A DNA stretch of 64,000 bases, from contig OX597826.1 in assembly GCA_951406725.2 (NCBI GenBank), positions 23,250,001 through 23,314,000 on the forward strand. The letters run 5' to 3'. The notes under the pieces were generated by a model. The model had not been told where the DNA came from and ran no database searches. It was given only the letters and a program-made list of their open reading frames with translations. Shown in pieces: positions 59,597-64,000 of this stretch (the first letter of the stretch is position 1; the number at the start of each line of letters is the position of its first letter). The translations under genes and the position numbers were made by a program. This stretch comes from Octopus vulgaris (taxonomy: Eukaryota).

Positions 59597-62500
59597 GTCG
59601 GTATACAATTCTATTTGTATTTATGTGTATTATGCATGTACTTCTGTAAAGTATGTAGGTATTTATACATTTATATATTCGGTCTACCCTTGTAAACAAG
59701 TCATATTTGGATTTAGGGAATTACTCAAGTGTGTATATGGCAGACGCCATAAAGTTATAGTGGGGCTAATGCAGTTTCGCAGCCACGTTATAGTGTAAGC
59801 TCTATGCGGCCGGGTTCACTTTCTCTTCAATTTCCATTTCTGGTTATAATTCTTTCATTTATCAATGCCGTCTTGAAGAGGTATCGCCTTCGCATTTCCA
59901 CCTTACCATTCCACATTTCTACCTGCGCACTAAAGCCCTTTTACATATAGGCTAAATCACTTTCCATCGTGGAAATGCTGAAAGAAGTTGACTTGATAAG
60001 CATGCATGTAACAAATAAATTTTAAAAGAAAAAAAAAGTATATAACTCCCCCCACAACAATTTATGTATGTTTGATGCTAAATATTTGACCTACCACCAA
60101 AAGAAAAAGAAGCCCCAAGTTTAAGATATTTATTTATTGTCCTCTGTAATTCATTTTTTTGAATTATTTTGACATGCTGGACAAAATTTTTTACATATTA
60201 AACAAAATATGTATATTCCTAAGGTTCAAAGCCAGATGAAAATCCTTTATTTCAAAAAATGTTTGTTATTGTTCAACTGGCTTATTTATATACCTTTAAC
60301 CTCTTACTGGTATTGTTACATTGTGTATTGTGTAGATGGCTAGGCCCAAGGAAGCAGTAAACATGAAACTTCGTTTTTACTCGCCCCCTTTTGGGCCTTA
60401 CACAATTCTGGGGGTCTGTTTGGTGTTTGTTATATTGTTACTTGTGGACAGCTTTATTTTGAATTTGTTTATCCTGAGAAGTGTGTGTCATTGCTTTATC
60501 TAGTAAAATGAGAGCTTTTTAACCCCAGGAAATTATATTCTTGTCTTTTTTCTCTGTCTCACACACACACAAAGCAAACTGTTGAGAATTGTCAGAGACA
60601 ACGAATTTAGAGTAAAAGATTTTAATAGCGAATCGATCTCTGGTGTTCGATCTGTTCTTAAATGGCAGCAGAGCGAGTGAAGCAGAGAAGTTACAGCTTT
60701 GCAGTTGGTAAAGTGTTAAAGTGATCGAGGGTTTATTAGTAAGGTTAGACTAGCAAGATTAACTCGGTTTTAAATCAGAATGAATTGGGGTTTTTTTTAA
60801 TCGACACTTTATCATTTAAGCGCGGATTTTTTTTTTCTTTAAACTTGTAACTTAAAAAAAAATATATATATTAAAAATATATATTAAGCATTTAAAAAAA
60901 AGAAACGGTCGTTGGATTTCTCTTCTGAACATTAGGCATTCAGAATTTTTTTTTCTTAAATGTTAAAGGAGCTGGCGTGGCTGTGTGGTAAGAACCCGAC
61001 CACAGGGTTTGGGGTTCAGCCCCACTGCATGACACTTAGTCTTCTGCTATAGCCCCGAGCTTTATTAGTGGATTTGGTAGACGAAAACGTGAAAGAAGCC
61101 CGTCGTGTGTGTGTGTATGTATATATATATATATACACACACACATACCATTATTATGGAGCTGTAAGCGCAGCATGGTTGGGTAGTGAAGGAGTTCACT
61201 TTGCAACAACAAGGTCCTGGGTTCATTCTTACTGCTTGGCATTTTAGGGTAAATGTTGCCTTCTGTGACCTTGGATACACCCATACCTTGTAAGTAAAGC
61301 AGGATGGATGGAAAAACAGAAGCCTGTTGGGTGGATGGTTCCTATAATTCTATAGGTTAAGCCTCGTATTCATTGTCACACTGATTCACCTGATAATTAC
61401 GTCAAAGGTGTGTATGGCTTTGGAATGCTCAACCATTTACGCGTTTATTCAGGTGCAGGTTATTCACTTCATTGAATGACTGACTCCTCATCGTCGAATG
61501 GAGATCCACCAGCATCACAATGCAGAGCTATAAAATTCAACAATATTTGTTTGTGTTGTTCGTTTCTCCTTTTCACCTGACTGTGAGAGAATTATCACAA
61601 TTATTTCACTGTTCAGTAATAAATAGTTAGATCTGAAGAAAGAGGTGATGGAGGCATCAGAAACAAGTAATTTGATATAGAGCTAAACAACGATAGGAAA
61701 ATCTGATGGTGTCCTTATCTAATAATAATGTTCTAAAAAGTATTAATGAGGACCAGAGCTGGATTAAGATCTTTGTAAGTCTCTGGCTGCAGGTATTATG
61801 AAGCTCCTAGTGTTGGAGGTCCCTAGGTAATATTGACAAGGATCCTGAAACTTAGTGTCACCTTCCTAAAAAAAAAGCCCTGATCAGTTAGATAATCAGC
61901 TGACGTTTAAAAGGATAAAGCATCTTTCTGAGTCATAGACTCATAAGACCAGTTTTCTGGTTTCTGTGGTGTATATATTCCCCCTGGATAGGATGCCAGT
62001 TCGTCACAGGATTACGCACTTTTGCCAGCTTAATGGACTGGAGCAACATGAAATAAAGTGTTTTGCTCAAGAACACAATGCATTGCCTCTCCCAATATTA
62101 AGTAAACTTTTGATAGATTTCTGCCTCTTCTGGTTTTTACCCTCCCCTTATTTCCCTCTGAGTCATGGAGAAGAATTTATTTACAATAGAGATATGTAAT
62201 CTTTTAGTTAAAATCCATTTGACTTGGTTAGGCACCAATGGGAAAAACACAAAGGGCTCTTAAGCTTTGATCTAAAGAAAGAAAATGCTATTTCTGAAGT
62301 GTCTTTGCATGTTCTTACAGAACATCATAAGCAACATCAAGTAACTTATTTGTCCTTCATTACTAACTAAATTCACCCTAACCGCATAATGTTTTTCCTT
62401 TTCTTTTCAATATTACCTTGGAACCATTGTCTTATTGTTATCAAAATACTATTTCAGCTAGCAGTACTTACCTATGACTGGCTTCTTAACATAGCACTAC

Positions 62501-63540
62501 TCTGGTTCAATGTTTCTTTCTTTCTTTCTTCCTTTTTGTTGTTATTTATTTATTGATTATTATTATTATTATTGTCATTCCCCTCTCCCCCCTCATTCTA
62601 AGCTGCTTCTTTTAGTAAGGTAGTTCTTGAGTGTACTTTTAGCTGTTGTTTTGTGTACATGCATGTGATAAGAAAACTTGTGGTATGCGAGCTGTTCTTC
62701 TTTGGTGTCTTACTAATTAGTGAATTTACTGTTTGTTTAAGTAGAAAGGTCACTGACACAGTAAGGAAATTATTTGCTTATGATTTATATGCTGTAGAAA
62801 TAATTATCCCTGTTCTGATTCATATACCATTGCTTGTAACCGGGTCATAACTTTTATGTCTTGTGTGTGTGTGTATATATATAATATATATATATATACA
62901 TATATATAATGTGTGTGGTTAAGAAGCTTGCATTCAAACCATGTGGTATCTGGTTCAATCTTGCTGCATGGCACTTTGGGCAAGTTTCTTCTATAATGGT
63001 CCCTTGACAACCAAAAAAAGATGTTTTGAGTTAAATTTGGTTTATTTCCTAACATTAACAACCTTGTATTAATTTGATATTAGCAAAATATTATTGGTCA
63101 CACATACGTAGTGTATGTGTTTTGTTTAAACATCCATTTGCTGCTGGATAACATCCAGGGAAGGGTCCCTACACAACGCCGAGTGTTAAAGAACCGAGTA
63201 TCTAAGACCAGGTGAGACAATTTGCCCCTAAATGATCGAGAATGGTAGATATCAAAATTTCGCTTTCATTGTGTCTTATCAAAACCATGTATTCAGATCA
63301 CCTTGGAATAAAGTGAATTGCTGGTCTGGGGCTCTTGTGCAAATAGAGAGAAGTCTGTTTACTGCCCACTCGGTGTCACGTCAGGAGCTTTCCTTGCATG
63401 CTATCCTGCAGCATATTGCATGGCACTTCGGGCAAGTGTCTTCTACTATAGCCTTGGGCCAACCAAAGCCTTGTGAATTAATTTGATAGAGGAAACTGAA
63501 AGAAGCCCATTGTGTGTGTGTATATATATATATATATAGT

Positions 63541-63730
63541 CAATTCAAATAAAGAATTCTGATGAAAATAACGGACGTGAGGCTGTGCACAAGAAATGTT
63601 CTAGCTTGACACTCAGTGAAAGGCAGGAGTTCGATGTTTCAGGTATAGCTCTTCATCAGAAAGGAGAAAGGGAAAGGTTCAAAGATGGAGAAGAAATTGC
63701 CAATGGCACACGTGTAGTTACATTGCTGAA
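63541..63730 (-). mobile_element. Decayed solo relative of the Neptune pseudo-LTR, with a hammerhead relic at 63629-63663, in STK11 intron 1
   Basis: Minus strand: cttt CTGATGA AGAGC tatacct GAAA CA TC gaac...ctgagtgtcaa, similar to 50680-50745. Confidence 0.6.
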
Positions 63731-64000
63731 GTATGTGTGTGTGTGTGATCCCATCATCACTTGACAACTGTTGTTGGTGTGTTTACATCCCCATAACTTA
63801 GTGGTTCAACAAATGAGACTGATAGAATAAGTACTAGACTTATAAATAAGTCTTGGGGTTGATTTGTTAGACTAAAACCCTTCAAGGCGGTGCTCCAGCA
63901 TGGCCACAGTGGAATGACTGACACAAAAGATTACTAGAAGTGCTTTTATTTTATTTGTTTCAGTCATTTGACTGCAGCCATGCTGGAGAACCATCTTTAG

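Noticed and set aside
59597-59798. C-terminal part of the 260-aa ORF
   Set aside because: Intron read-through after the conserved STK11 donor; kinase similarity stops there.

Overview
Eukaryotic, repeat-dense animal DNA. The SINE repertoire and extreme (TA)/(CA) content resemble an octopus genome (inference). Two genes sit head-to-head. On the minus strand are the first seven coding exons of SCLT1 (ATG at 14784, running off the left edge). On the plus strand is the first coding exon of STK11/LKB1 (59016-59596), which has a long acidic N-terminus. The ~44 kb between them holds a decayed full-length Naiad-type Penelope-like element (PLE) on the minus strand and a decayed Neptune-type PLE on the plus strand. 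It also holds CR1/L2-group, RTE and CRE-like LINE fragments, SINEs, Helitron-like and MITE elements, and a 100-N gap. The main hidden signal is a set of hammerhead-ribozyme motifs from at least five unrelated sequence families, nearly all beside (TA)n tracts. Much of the apparent microsatellite is copied, kilobase-long PLE pseudo-LTR sequence. A 679-bp nested foldback with a 9-bp TSD lies about 560 bp upstream of the SCLT1 start. All calls were made by eye; no searches or folding were run.
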